The position numbers and the translations under genes were made by a program. From contig JBIJBT010000010.1 in NCBI GenBank assembly GCA_044345055.1, positions 1-48,364 on the forward strand: a DNA stretch of 48,364 nucleotides. The letters run 5' to 3'. This DNA is from Bdellovibrionota bacterium. Its GTDB lineage: Bacteria > Bdellovibrionota_C > UBA2361 > OMIW01. The notes under the pieces are model-generated. The model was not told the origin of the DNA. It searched no databases and was given only the letters and a program-made list of their open reading frames with translations. How positions within the stretch are numbered: the stretch's first letter is position 1; the number at the start of each line of letters is the position of its first letter. Positions 18,248-28,126 of the stretch are shown here, one piece after another.

Positions 18248-18568
18248 TTATGCCTGAAGAACGCCGAGAACGTCATCTTCACGCATAATCAGGAACTCTT
18301 CACCTTCAATCTTGATAGCTGTCCCTGAGTATTTCCCGAAAAGAATCTTATCTCCTGGGTTGAGGTCAAGAGGTTGGACCGTTCCATCTTCACGCACTTT
18401 ACCCTTCCCACGGGCTACAACAACTCCCTGCTGAGGCTTCTCTTTAGCACTATCGGGAATGAAAAGGCCAGAGGCGGTCTTTTCATCGCCATCTAGTACC
18501 TTTACGATCAACCGGTCCTGTAACGGACGAATCTTTGCATCAAGCGTCTTTTCTGTTTTCTCGCTCAT
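18248..18568 (-). CDS. groS: Co-chaperonin GroES
   Basis: [45 protein letters not shown]; start at MSEKTEK. Confidence 0.97.
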   Translation of the reverse strand: MSEKTEKTLDAKIRPLQDRLIVKVLDGDEKTASGLFIPDSAKEKPQQGVVVARGKGKVREDGTVQPLDLNPGDKILFGKYSGTAIKIEGEEFLIMREDDVLGVLQA

Positions 18569-18916
18569 ACGACACGATCTCCATATACTATGGTAATGTC
18601 TACTGCTAACGACTAACTTCACCACCAGACCAATTTACTCACAGACCAATTCGCCATGATAATTTTCACCATCATATTTCTGATGTTGAAAAACGAAGGG
18701 CCAGGAGTCTCGGGCTGGACTCTACCCTGTTTGGGCGAGGTTTACCAGCTTTCTGAGAAGCACTATTCTCTTCCAAGAGCAGTGCGCCCAGACTCTGTTT
18801 GTTGGACTCTGTCGAACGCCGATTGCAAGATGCACTGAAGGCTACAAGACCGCTCCGGGTATCTGCTAAGGCTCTTCGGTAGGGGATGCACTAGCTACCC
18901 CTCAGGTCCGCCCCCT

Positions 18917-18947
18917 TTATGGACACCCGGTTGAGTTAATTCAAGGG
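18917..18947 (-). promoter_or_regulatory. Putative sigma32-type heat-shock promoter of groES-groEL
   Basis: Minus strand ccCTTGAA-N15-GTCCATaa against the consensus CTTGAA-N13-17-CCCCAT; correct orientation upstream of groES. Confidence 0.5.
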
Positions 18948-19101
18948 GGAGGGGCACAATTTTTTATTCCTGGGTTCTGGCAGATTCTTTTCTTACCCTT
19001 AACGCACTTGAGCGATAACCGATTTGCCCGAGAGCCATATCTCGATCAAGAATGTAAGCTGTTCTAAAGGGCCCGCGACAGGGAAGTTAAAAGGATTAAG
19101 C

Positions 19102-20175
19102 ATGTTGCAGCAAAAATTGCAGGCGGTTGAGGAGCGTTACGAGGAGATAGGGCAGATGCTCTCTCAGCCGGATATCGTTTCTGATAGAGCCCTTTTCCAA
19201 AAATACTCACGGGAACACAAAGAGCTAACCGAGATAGTGGCCACCTTTCGGGCCTATAAAAAGGTGTTAGAGGAGATATCGGGTAGTAAAGATATTATTG
19301 AGCGAGAGACGGACAAAGAGCTAGCGGCACTTGCTCAGGAGGAGTACGTCCTTCTTCAACGAGAGTCCGACAAGCTTGAGGAACAGCTGCAATACCTGCT
19401 CCTCCCTAAGGACCCGAACGATTCAAAGAATGTAATACTTGAAATCCGTGCTGGCGCGGGTGGTGATGAATCGGCCCTCTTTGCGGGGGAGCTTTTTCGT
19501 GCCTATTGCCGTTATGCCGAGGGACGCCATTGGCGAGTTGAATTGATGGGTTCGAATGCGGCTTCGGTTGGTGGATTTAAAGAGGTTGTCGCTATGATAA
19601 ATGGCGATGGGGCGTTTAGTCGTTTTAAATTCGAAAGAGGAGTGCATCGAGTTCAGCGGGTTCCCGCAACCGAGGCTCAGGGTCGGGTGCATACCAGCAC
19701 GATAACGGTGGCTGTTTTGCCTGAGGCCGAAGATGTTGAGGTAGAGTTGAACGATAAAGATCTAAGAATCGATGTTTATCGCTCGAGTGGCCCGGGAGGT
19801 CAAAGTGTGAATACAACCGATTCTGCGGTTCGAATAACTCATTTGCCGACTGGAATCGTGGTAGCGATGCAGGATGAAAAATCTCAGATTAAGAATAAGG
19901 AAAAAGCTCTTCGTGTATTGAAGGCTCGATTATTAGAGCAAAAACAGGCGGAGGCTGACGCTGAGCGAAGGGCGGATCGGCGGAGTCAGGTTGGGGGAGG
20001 AGATCGTTCGGAAAAGGTTCGTACCTACAATTTCCCTCAATCCAGAGTAACTGATCATCGGATAAATCTGTCTATTTATTCACTGGATCAGGTGATGGAG
20101 GGTGACCTCGATCAGCTAATTGATCCAATTATATCGGCCGCGCGAGCTGAAGCTCTGCAAAGGGGCGATGCGTAG
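19102..20175 (+). CDS. prfA: Peptide chain release factor 1
   Basis: RVQRVPATE (PxT), GPGGQSVN (GGQ), RTYNFPQSRVTDHRI; followed by prmC. Confidence 0.98.
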   Translation: MLQQKLQAVEERYEEIGQMLSQPDIVSDRALFQKYSREHKELTEIVATFRAYKKVLEEISGSKDIIERETDKELAALAQEEYVLLQRESDKLEEQLQYLLLPKDPNDSKNVILEIRAGAGGDESALFAGELFRAYCRYAEGRHWRVELMGSNAASVGGFKEVVAMINGDGAFSRFKFERGVHRVQRVPATEAQGRVHTSTITVAVLPEAEDVEVELNDKDLRIDVYRSSGPGGQSVNTTDSAVRITHLPTGIVVAMQDEKSQIKNKEKALRVLKARLLEQKQAEADAERRADRRSQVGGGDRSEKVRTYNFPQSRVTDHRINLSIYSLDQVMEGDLDQLIDPIISAARAEALQRGDA

Positions 20176-21046
20176 CAGTTCTTCTATATCCTCCCTCCTT
20201 CGAGAGGGTTCGCAAATCCTAGCGGCGACCAGTCCAAGTCCGACGTTGGATTCAGAGTTGATCCTCTCGCATCTTCTAGGGTGTTCGCGGCTGACTGTGA
20301 TTGTTGATGGTACTAGACAGGTTGAAGCAGGTATCGCAGCTTCCTTTGCTGAGCTTATTGCAAGAAGAGCTCGCCATGAGCCGGTCGCTTATCTGACAGG
20401 ATTTAAGGAATTTTGGGGTTTGGATTTCGAGGTTTCTCCAGCGGTGTTGATTCCGCGTCCAGATACCGAGGTGTTGGTCGAAGAGGCGGTGCGTTTAATC
20501 TCTTCATACAATCGACGCAAATTGGGGGGTGAGCCGTGTCGCGTTGTTGATCTTGGGACCGGTAGTGGATGTATTCCGGTGGCTATTGCGCATGAGTGCC
20601 GAGAACGGGGAATTCCAATAGTTATGCTGGCTGTGGATAGAAGTTGTGCTGCGCTCGAAATAGCGAAAAGAAACGCTGATCGACATAGCGTTAGAGTCTC
20701 CTTTTTTGCGATGTCTTGGACCTCTGCGTTTCGTAATTCTGCTGATTTTGATCTTATTATATCGAACCCACCATATATTGATCGGAGTGATACCTGCCGG
20801 TCACCAGAGACCGATTATGAACCCACTCAGGCGCTGTTCGCCGAGGAGGAGGGGCTTTCCGATATTCGAGATATCCTTGAAAGGTGTCCAAAACTGATAC
20901 GAGAGGTAGGCAGTATCCTTTGTGAAGTCGGGAGCAAGCAGGCGGCGATCATTGGTGATAATTTGATGCCAGCAGATTTCTCGTTCCGCTCCATTACTGA
21001 TCTCTCGGGCATTGAGCGGGTTGTCGTGTTGACGAAAAACGTCTAG
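20168..21046 (+). CDS. prmC: Release factor glutamine methyltransferase HemK/PrmC
   Basis: EPVAYLTG, VLIPRPDTE, DLGTGSGCI, SNPPYI; overlaps the prfA end. Confidence 0.95.
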   Translation: MRSSSSISSLLREGSQILAATSPSPTLDSELILSHLLGCSRLTVIVDGTRQVEAGIAASFAELIARRARHEPVAYLTGFKEFWGLDFEVSPAVLIPRPDTEVLVEEAVRLISSYNRRKLGGEPCRVVDLGTGSGCIPVAIAHECRERGIPIVMLAVDRSCAALEIAKRNADRHSVRVSFFAMSWTSAFRNSADFDLIISNPPYIDRSDTCRSPETDYEPTQALFAEEEGLSDIRDILERCPKLIREVGSILCEVGSKQAAIIGDNLMPADFSFRSITDLSGIERVVVLTKNV

Positions 21047-21109
21047 GCGGATTCGTTTTTTTAGCTCGAAATTCCGCAAGCTACACATCCGTTAAAAAGT
21101 TTTCAATCC

Positions 21110-22399
21110 TTAAGTTCGTTCGAATAATCCGACCGTCTCAACATGCTCAGTGTGAGGGAACATATCGGCAACTCTAACGCGGGAGAGATTATAGCCGAAC
21201 GAATTTAATAGGATCGCATCTCGAGCAAAGGTTACTGGATTGCAAGATACATACACCATGCGCGAAGGAGAAATTTCGCATAACGCGGGGATAATATTAT
21301 TGGCTCCGCTGCGTGGAGGATCTAGCAAAATAGCGTCGTATTTCTGATGAGACCAGGAATGTTGGGCTATTGGTTGCTCAAGGTCGCAGGCAAAAAATGT
21401 GGTATTTGTAATTCCGTTAAGAGCTGCATTCGACGAAGCGCGCTCGGTCATCGCAGAGCTTCCCTCGATGCCGATGACCTGCGCTGCTCGTTGAGCAATA
21501 GGCAACGAGAAATTCCCGAGGCCACAGAAGAGATCGAGGATAACTTCATGAGATTTAGGATTTAGCCAATCAATGGCGGAGGAAACGAGAAGATCGTTTA
21601 ATTTTCCGTGAGCCTGAATGAAGTCAAGTGGAGAAAATTGAAGAACAAGGTTAAACGATGGGAGGGTAAAAAAGAGTGGGTCAGTCGAGGTTGCGGCAAG
21701 AAGCTCTACTGAATCGGGACCACCTGATTGTAGAAAGAGGCGGATATTGGACTTAATTGCAAAGGCCCGAAGAGTCTCTCGATCCTCTGTGGTAAGAGGT
21801 GAAAGGTGACGGAGTATTAGAGCTGCGTCGTTATCGCCAACTGCGAGCTCAAGCTGTGGGATAGAGGCTCGGGCATCGAGTTTTCCAATAACATCTCTCA
21901 GCGGTTGAATGAGCGAATTAAAGGGAGGTGCGAGTACCTCACACTGGTCTACATCTGCTATAAATCTGCCGAATCGATTTTTAAACCCAATAAACTCCGT
22001 ATTCGATTTTGGATCCCATCGGGCCCTTAAACGGGCTTTCCGGCGATACTGCTCCGTAATCCCCTGCAATGGTTGATCCCATCGGGCATTTTTTGCGGTT
22101 TCTCCGAGCATCTTTTTTACCATCTGCTCTTTGAAATCAATCTGCCAGGTGGGGAGAGCGTGCATAAATGAGCATCCGCTGCATTTTGGGAATGCAGAGC
22201 AGGGAGCAGTTTGTCTAAATTGCGATGGTTCAACTATGGTATAGGCTAACGTTGGATGGGGCGTATTGTTCGTCGGAGAGGAGGCTTCGATTAGATCGCC
22301 GGGAAGTGAAAAGGGGGCGACAGTAGCTCCCAAAGTTGAGTCATCGGTGCCCCAACCAACGCCAGCGTGAGTAATATCAGTGATGCGTATTTTAGCCAT
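21110..22399 (-). CDS. rlmD: 23S rRNA m5U1939 methyltransferase RlmD (TrmA family)
   Basis: C-x5-C-x-G-C Fe-S motif, DLFCGLGNF, LDPPRSG, YVSCNPVTFARD, DMFPHTEHVE. Confidence 0.88.
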   Translation of the reverse strand: MAKIRITDITHAGVGWGTDDSTLGATVAPFSLPGDLIEASSPTNNTPHPTLAYTIVEPSQFRQTAPCSAFPKCSGCSFMHALPTWQIDFKEQMVKKMLGETAKNARWDQPLQGITEQYRRKARLRARWDPKSNTEFIGFKNRFGRFIADVDQCEVLAPPFNSLIQPLRDVIGKLDARASIPQLELAVGDNDAALILRHLSPLTTEDRETLRAFAIKSNIRLFLQSGGPDSVELLAATSTDPLFFTLPSFNLVLQFSPLDFIQAHGKLNDLLVSSAIDWLNPKSHEVILDLFCGLGNFSLPIAQRAAQVIGIEGSSAMTERASSNAALNGITNTTFFACDLEQPIAQHSWSHQKYDAILLDPPRSGANNIIPALCEISPSRMVYVSCNPVTFARDAILLNSFGYNLSRVRVADMFPHTEHVETVGLFERT

Positions 22400-22586
22400 G
22401 TTGAGGAGGTTACCCAAAATATTGGGTGATAGCCAGCCCGGTACATTCTAGGCTGACCTAACAAAAAATATGGCTCAGCTAAAAGATGTGTGTCTGTCGT
22501 AATCACCTCGACATGACCGATAAATGTTTTGGGATCCGAACCAATCAAGCGTATTTACTTGGAATGCATCTTGATATGAAGCTCTG

Positions 22587-23675
22587 TCATCGAAGCATCA
22601 GGATCTGACATATCCAGCTTAAATGGTAAAGACCGATAGCCAGCGGTGCTATGACAAACAGAAGAATACCTGCACAGCTGACTATTAAGTTAAGGGCACG
22701 AGTTCGCTTTCTCTGTGAAATGAGAGCAGTTATTTCTGCTTGTTGCATTCGTCGAGAAATCGCGATCTTTGCCGATTCTCGTCGATCAAATATGGCACTA
22801 GTGTCGATCGGAATTGGATTATGAGTTGTTCCATTTGAAGTACGGGATTGATGCGAACCAATAATATCTAGAGCCTGACGGGCTGACTGAACTCTCTCTC
22901 GAGTCGTTTTTGCGAGCAGTTTCATCGTCAAATGAGAGAGCCATTGTGGAGTGTCGGGTCGATAATTGATTGGTGGCGGTACATATTGCTCCACATGAGC
23001 AAGAAGCAGTTTGCCGGGATTTGCCGCATCAAAGGGCAGTCTGCCCGATAGGAGTTTGTATAGGATACATCCTGCACTGTAGAGATCTGCGTGATGAGTG
23101 ACGTTGTGACCGAGAATTAGCTCGGGAGCCAGATATTCGAGAGTCCCTAAAATCGCTCCAACCTCTGTCAGTTGAGAGTTCTGGTTTCTAGCAATTCCAA
23201 AATCAGTGATTTTTACCGCGTCATTTGGAAGAACAATAATATTGCTCGGCTTTAAATCACGGTGAATAATACCCTGAGAGTGAATAGCTTCTAGACCCTC
23301 CAGGATCTGACTAATGAGAGAGCACACTCTCTCGATTGCCAGAGGTTGTGAGTCGTTGATCAATACGTCGAGGGATTGACCCTCAAGATATTCCATCGAA
23401 AAGTAGACTAGATTTTGGTCTTGACCAACATCATATGTGCGCGCTATCGCGGAGTGATTGACCTTATTCATTAGTTCGACTTCACGAAAAAACCGTTTCA
23501 AAAGTTCATCCGCATTTGACAGACTCTTGTTAAGGACTTTTAAAGCTACCTGATTGTTTCCAAGTAGCATATCGCGAGCAAGAAACACCTGTCCCATCGC
23601 ACCCTCACCGAGTGGGCGGATGATTTGATAGCGATTATTAATGAGGTCTCCCACCTCAATGTTTGAGCGTCCCAT
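22587..23675 (-). CDS. Hanks-type Ser/Thr protein kinase with C-terminal TM helix
   Basis: LGEGAMGQV, VALKVL, HRDLKPSN, DFGIA, GTLEYLAPE, DLYSAG; hydrophobic C-terminus. Confidence 0.93.
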   Translation of the reverse strand: MGRSNIEVGDLINNRYQIIRPLGEGAMGQVFLARDMLLGNNQVALKVLNKSLSNADELLKRFFREVELMNKVNHSAIARTYDVGQDQNLVYFSMEYLEGQSLDVLINDSQPLAIERVCSLISQILEGLEAIHSQGIIHRDLKPSNIIVLPNDAVKITDFGIARNQNSQLTEVGAILGTLEYLAPELILGHNVTHHADLYSAGCILYKLLSGRLPFDAANPGKLLLAHVEQYVPPPINYRPDTPQWLSHLTMKLLAKTTRERVQSARQALDIIGSHQSRTSNGTTHNPIPIDTSAIFDRRESAKIAISRRMQQAEITALISQRKRTRALNLIVSCAGILLFVIAPLAIGLYHLSWICQILMLR

Positions 23676-23730
23676 TTTATTGTTTAGCTAACTTCATCAG
23701 CTCTAATTGATGAATCATGTTTACTCTATT

Positions 23731-24873
23731 TTACTTAAAATCATTTCGGCCCATATGCCGATTTTGTTTGATTAGCGATAGATATCTTGTAATAACCACC
23801 TGTGTTAATTCTCGCGGTGGTGTTCGCTCTTTCTCCCATAGCTCAATCCCCAATTCAAATAGCTCTTTTGGATCCCATTCAGGAGAGAGGTCAGCACTGT
23901 CGGTGAAGAGAGTTGAATTCTTTGATTTCCCCTCATTGTATAGCTTTCCGAGCTCATCACCTCCTTGTGAGCCAAATACCTGTGAGACGAGGTAGCCGTA
24001 TATGGCTATTCGCAGCGCTGACTCAGAGATTACTTCTGTTTTCCCGATGATATCGGACTGCTCTGAGATTATTCGGTGTGCGAACTGCTCTGCTGAATTT
24101 CGGAGGAGTACCACATAACAAAATAAAAGAGGCGAAAACTCAAAATTATCTAGCTCAGCTGCGGTAAGTGGATCGCGAAGTTTGAGTGCTTCTAAAGATT
24201 CTCTATCAAGAGTTAAATAATTCTTGCCGCCGACCTTTTTATCTACGAGAGGAATCGGTCTTTGGATCTGAGGGATGGTTACTCCCCCAGCAGCGGTAAA
24301 TGGTCTAATAGCTCCATTGCCGATTACTGAACCGATTGTGGTTTCTAATCCCCCGTTGAGTGTGTGTTGAGGGTCGCTATTGGAGAAGGGAAGTGCCGCA
24401 GATATATTGTCCAGACTTATAACGGGGGTTTCTTGATAATTAACGACTAGTGCATACGAGAGTTCCCGCTCTAGTGAAGAGTGCGGAACGGGTGCGATAA
24501 TTAGACGATTACCCGAGAGAGATCCCTCGTCCTGTGACCGAGATCCGGTTTGAATTGAGATATCAGAGCCGGTCACCTGATATGTGGGAGTTTTATCGGA
24601 TATTTTATCAAAAGGTACTGAAAAAAAAGCAGTAGGTTGATTAAAACGTACAGTAACATCCGGAAAGCCTAGCAGAGCTGTGTGTAAACCAGCTGTTGAG
24701 ACTGATGTAAAAGATGCAGAGAGCACCGATACTCCGAACATTGGAGCTGATTGAGTAACAGAGATAAGAAGGCGATCGTGGGCTAACGATTCGATTAAAG
24801 AGGGCGCACCAAACAAGAATGCGATGCTTAGAACGCTCCCTGAAAATAAAGTAATTAGTAATCCCTTAAGCAC
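23731..24873 (-). CDS. Hypothetical protein with N-terminal membrane anchor/signal
   Basis: 380-aa ORF co-oriented with its neighbours, GTG start after gaggtg, hydrophobic N-terminus; no recognised family. Confidence 0.6.
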   Translation of the reverse strand: MLKGLLITLFSGSVLSIAFLFGAPSLIESLAHDRLLISVTQSAPMFGVSVLSASFTSVSTAGLHTALLGFPDVTVRFNQPTAFFSVPFDKISDKTPTYQVTGSDISIQTGSRSQDEGSLSGNRLIIAPVPHSSLERELSYALVVNYQETPVISLDNISAALPFSNSDPQHTLNGGLETTIGSVIGNGAIRPFTAAGGVTIPQIQRPIPLVDKKVGGKNYLTLDRESLEALKLRDPLTAAELDNFEFSPLLFCYVVLLRNSAEQFAHRIISEQSDIIGKTEVISESALRIAIYGYLVSQVFGSQGGDELGKLYNEGKSKNSTLFTDSADLSPEWDPKELFELGIELWEKERTPPRELTQVVITRYLSLIKQNRHMGRNDFK

Positions 24874-25069
24874 GTAGCACCTCTTTTATCACCACAGGTC
24901 TCAATCAGACGGCGCAACATACGCGGCGGATGATCGAACTACCCCGAGCTAAAAGAGGTATCGGCGATGAGGAGCTCTCAAACGCTATTTTTTTGGGATT
25001 TAATATATATATTTGCTCGCGGCTACCCAGCTTCGAAATGTCTAAAACCTTCTAAAAACCGATGAGAGA

Positions 25070-25088
25070 TGGCGGACAGAGTCCGCCA
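25070..25088 (-). terminator. GC-rich hairpin downstream of the MoxR gene
   Basis: tggcggac-aga-gtccgcca perfect 8-bp stem about 20 nt after the stop; weak U-tract. Confidence 0.4.
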
Positions 25089-25110
25089 AAAGGCGGGGTG
25101 CAGAGGCAAT

Positions 25111-26106
25111 TTAGCCTTGTCTGCCCTGAGAAGATATCAGTCGCTCTAAATGAGGAAGAACAATCTTTTCAAGGACTTGTTTTGGTTCCTGAGGTCCAGG
25201 ATGAAACTTTAATCTATGGAGGAGCACAGGAGAATAAACCTGTTTTATATCATCCTCAGTAACGTAGTCGCGACTCTGAATAACTGCCCAAGCCTGAGCG
25301 GCTGCCTGCAACATGAGGGCGGCTCGGGTTGAGGCACCAAACTGTATCAGCGGAGAGGTCCGAGTTGCCTGAACAATTGCGATGATACACTGGCGAATCG
25401 CCGGTGAAAGGTGAACAGCGCGGGTTTCTCGCCTCGCAGCGAGAATGGCACTTCTTGTTACCACCGGAATAATCGTCTCGACATCATGATGTATTGTCGC
25501 GGCATCACGGAGTATTTCCTCTTCGACGGATGCCGACACATAGGGCATCGGAATCTTCATCAAAAAGCGATCAAGCTGTACTATTGGAAGAGGGTAGGTT
25601 CCGGCAATATCGAGCGGATTCTGAGTGCCGAGGACGAAAAAAAGATCGTCTATCGGGCGAGTGACATTATCGATAGTGACCTGTTTTTCCGCCATACATT
25701 CGAGAAATGCGGCTTGAACCTTTGGGCCAGTCCGATTTATTTCATCCGCAAGCACAACGTGAGCAAATATTGGTCCATGCTGAAACCGAAAGGTTCCTGT
25801 TTGAGGTTCGAAAACTGTGACGCCAAGCACGTCTCCGGGTAAAAGGTCTGGCGTAAATTGAATACGTCGAAAAGGTAAACAATCTTTGTTGCCTCCCTCA
25901 TCGGCCGAGATGAGTCTACCAAGCGTTTTTGCGAGAGTAGTTTTTCCTGAACCTGGATAATCTTCCAGTAGTGCATGACCATCAGCAAGTATTGCTGCAA
26001 CGACGAGAGAAATTGTGTCATCTCTCCCCCGAATAACCCGATTAAGGGAGGTCCTTAATGCTGAGGCGACAGTTACTGCTTCCTGAATCATGGGTGTTAA
26101 CTCCAT
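25111..26106 (-). CDS. MoxR-family AAA+ ATPase
   Basis: LLEDYPGSGKTT (Walker A), RIQFTPDLLPGDV, LADEINR (Walker B), TQNP, GTYPLP, QLDRF. Confidence 0.93.
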   Translation of the reverse strand: MELTPMIQEAVTVASALRTSLNRVIRGRDDTISLVVAAILADGHALLEDYPGSGKTTLAKTLGRLISADEGGNKDCLPFRRIQFTPDLLPGDVLGVTVFEPQTGTFRFQHGPIFAHVVLADEINRTGPKVQAAFLECMAEKQVTIDNVTRPIDDLFFVLGTQNPLDIAGTYPLPIVQLDRFLMKIPMPYVSASVEEEILRDAATIHHDVETIIPVVTRSAILAARRETRAVHLSPAIRQCIIAIVQATRTSPLIQFGASTRAALMLQAAAQAWAVIQSRDYVTEDDIKQVYSPVLLHRLKFHPGPQEPKQVLEKIVLPHLERLISSQGRQG

Positions 26107-26131
26107 TTGCGCGTTAATAGGTGGAACGAGT

Positions 26132-28126
26132 TTATTGCGAATTAGGAAACGATTTAGAATTCTTTACTGATCCTGCGACAGTAAAGGTGGCCTCGTTTAG
26201 ATTGTTGATTGCTTGAGCGAGGCTCTCTCCCTGCGCACTTATTTTTCTCTGCATCTTCCCAGAGGCAATCACGAGGTTTAGTCCATTTACACTATTTTTA
26301 TCCTCTTCGATTGTGAACGGAGTTGAACCCGTTTCCACGGGCAAAAACCCTCCTCGCTTCAGAAGCTGAACAGTACGACTATCTGTATTAAATACCACAA
26401 CTGACAACCGTAAACCCGCATTACGGAGAGCTGGAGGTGAAAGTAAGAATATCTGTTCCGTCATCTTAGCATAATCTGATGAAGTAGGTTCAAGAACCGA
26501 AGCGAGTAGAATTAATATTCTAAGACGAAGCCCATCATCAAGAGTGGGGCGACACTTTTGCAGCGCATCCTTTAGTGCCGTTATAGCTAGGCTATGTTTT
26601 CCATTTCGTAGGTAGTTCTCTCCTCTGTATGCAGCGTAATAAACTTGGGCCAACGGCCGTTTATCTCTATTTAGCTCTTCTTCGAGTCTTCGCTCAAAGA
26701 GCGCCGTTGGAATGACGGAGAGGACTGATCCAAAGGTGCTGTATTCAATCAGACTGTCGGTATTCCGGATCGTGAGATCCTCGATATTCTTTAATCGTTC
26801 AACAAGAACCCGAGCCGCTTTTCGAAAGAACCACCAACTCGCCACTCGAGCTTGTGCAATGAGAGCACGATTTCGGATTGATTCCACTATTCCATCGGAG
26901 ATCTTGAATCTCATCCGTTCAGCGAGCGCCCGCCACGCCTGAGCCTTTGTTATTGTTATTCCTATCTCAAGGTCATCTTGATTGGTTCCTATTTTCCCAA
27001 ACCATTGGATGTTATCGAAGGCTTCCTGTAGCTGTTTGAGTGCTTCTTCTGGCTTTCCCCCGTGAAGTTTAAATCTGGCACGAGCGAGATTTACGAGGGC
27101 GCGATGTTCCTCGTCGCTTCTAAGAGTATATTGTGCAACACACGATAAAAAAGAGGATATAGCATCTTCAGCATCTGGGAGTTTAAGCTGATCAAGATAG
27201 AGAAGAGCCAAATTGAGGCTCGGCAATACGTGTTCGCACCCATCATGAAAAGACTTTGCCTTTATCCAGGAGGCCTCCGCTTTTTCATCCTCGAACATTT
27301 CCTTATAAACCTCTCCGCTGTTATTGATAGGAGTTGCTGGTTGTCCCTGCTTGCCGAGACTTGTTTCGATTGCGGCGGCCCTTTTTAAAGCTTCGAGTGC
27401 AGCCTCTGGCTGATTGTTCATTGAGAGAAGTATACCGAGCATATTGAGAGTGCGAGCGGGCTCTGCTCGCATCAGAAGCCCCATCTTTGCCTCACGAATA
27501 GCCTCGTCAACTCGACCTAGTTTCATTAACACCCAAGCCCGTGAGCCCGCATACGATGGTGTAAAATATCCATAAGACTTTATGGTGTCGAGCACCGAAA
27601 GGGCACCCGCATAATCATCAAGATTGAGACGTGCCTGAGATAGCAGATAGAGAATCTGAGCGTGATGAGCCTCGACAAGACGATTGCTGTACGGAGGTTC
27701 GCCCTTTTGCTCAGAAAAGAGCTGTTGAGCTCTTTTGATGTATCTCATTGCGAGGCGAAAATGGGAAACATGCGCTAAGTAGTAGTACCCGAGACTTAGG
27801 TGGGCCGGATAATAGGAGGGATCTTTGCGAATGGCGTTAAGAAGTATTGTGCGAGCCTCAAGGAGATGGGAATCGTCAGAAAGAAGTTCTTCTGCTCGAG
27901 TAGTTAGCTCTTCTGCTGATTTATTTTCGAGAGAAGTTTCGCCTTCAATATCCTCAGGAGGGGCGCCCCATGGATCGGAAATATCTGGAATAAATGGCTG
28001 TGCATGAGCAGGTTGCACGAAATGGCAGCGCTGATCTCCTGTCAAGCACTGGCTCCCTGTGAAAAGGATGAATAAAAGAAGAATAATTCGGAGTGATCGA
28101 AAATAATTGCAAGCAGTCAGGTTCAT
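26132..28126 (-). CDS. Exported tetratricopeptide-repeat protein
   Basis: N-terminal hydrophobic signal; multiple TPR-like helical pairs (AHLSLGYYY, TLNMLGILLS, PINNSGEVY, PSLNLALLY); overlaps the upstream gene. Confidence 0.75.
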   Translation of the reverse strand: MNLTACNYFRSLRIILLLFILFTGSQCLTGDQRCHFVQPAHAQPFIPDISDPWGAPPEDIEGETSLENKSAEELTTRAEELLSDDSHLLEARTILLNAIRKDPSYYPAHLSLGYYYLAHVSHFRLAMRYIKRAQQLFSEQKGEPPYSNRLVEAHHAQILYLLSQARLNLDDYAGALSVLDTIKSYGYFTPSYAGSRAWVLMKLGRVDEAIREAKMGLLMRAEPARTLNMLGILLSMNNQPEAALEALKRAAAIETSLGKQGQPATPINNSGEVYKEMFEDEKAEASWIKAKSFHDGCEHVLPSLNLALLYLDQLKLPDAEDAISSFLSCVAQYTLRSDEEHRALVNLARARFKLHGGKPEEALKQLQEAFDNIQWFGKIGTNQDDLEIGITITKAQAWRALAERMRFKISDGIVESIRNRALIAQARVASWWFFRKAARVLVERLKNIEDLTIRNTDSLIEYSTFGSVLSVIPTALFERRLEEELNRDKRPLAQVYYAAYRGENYLRNGKHSLAITALKDALQKCRPTLDDGLRLRILILLASVLEPTSSDYAKMTEQIFLLSPPALRNAGLRLSVVVFNTDSRTVQLLKRGGFLPVETGSTPFTIEEDKNSVNGLNLVIASGKMQRKISAQGESLAQAINNLNEATFTVAGSVKNSKSFPNSQ

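Noticed and set aside
18755..18790. CIRCE-like inverted repeat upstream of groES
   Set aside because: The GCACT...AGTGC spacing is 16 nt and the TTAGCACTC-N9-GAGTGCTAA arms are not matched.
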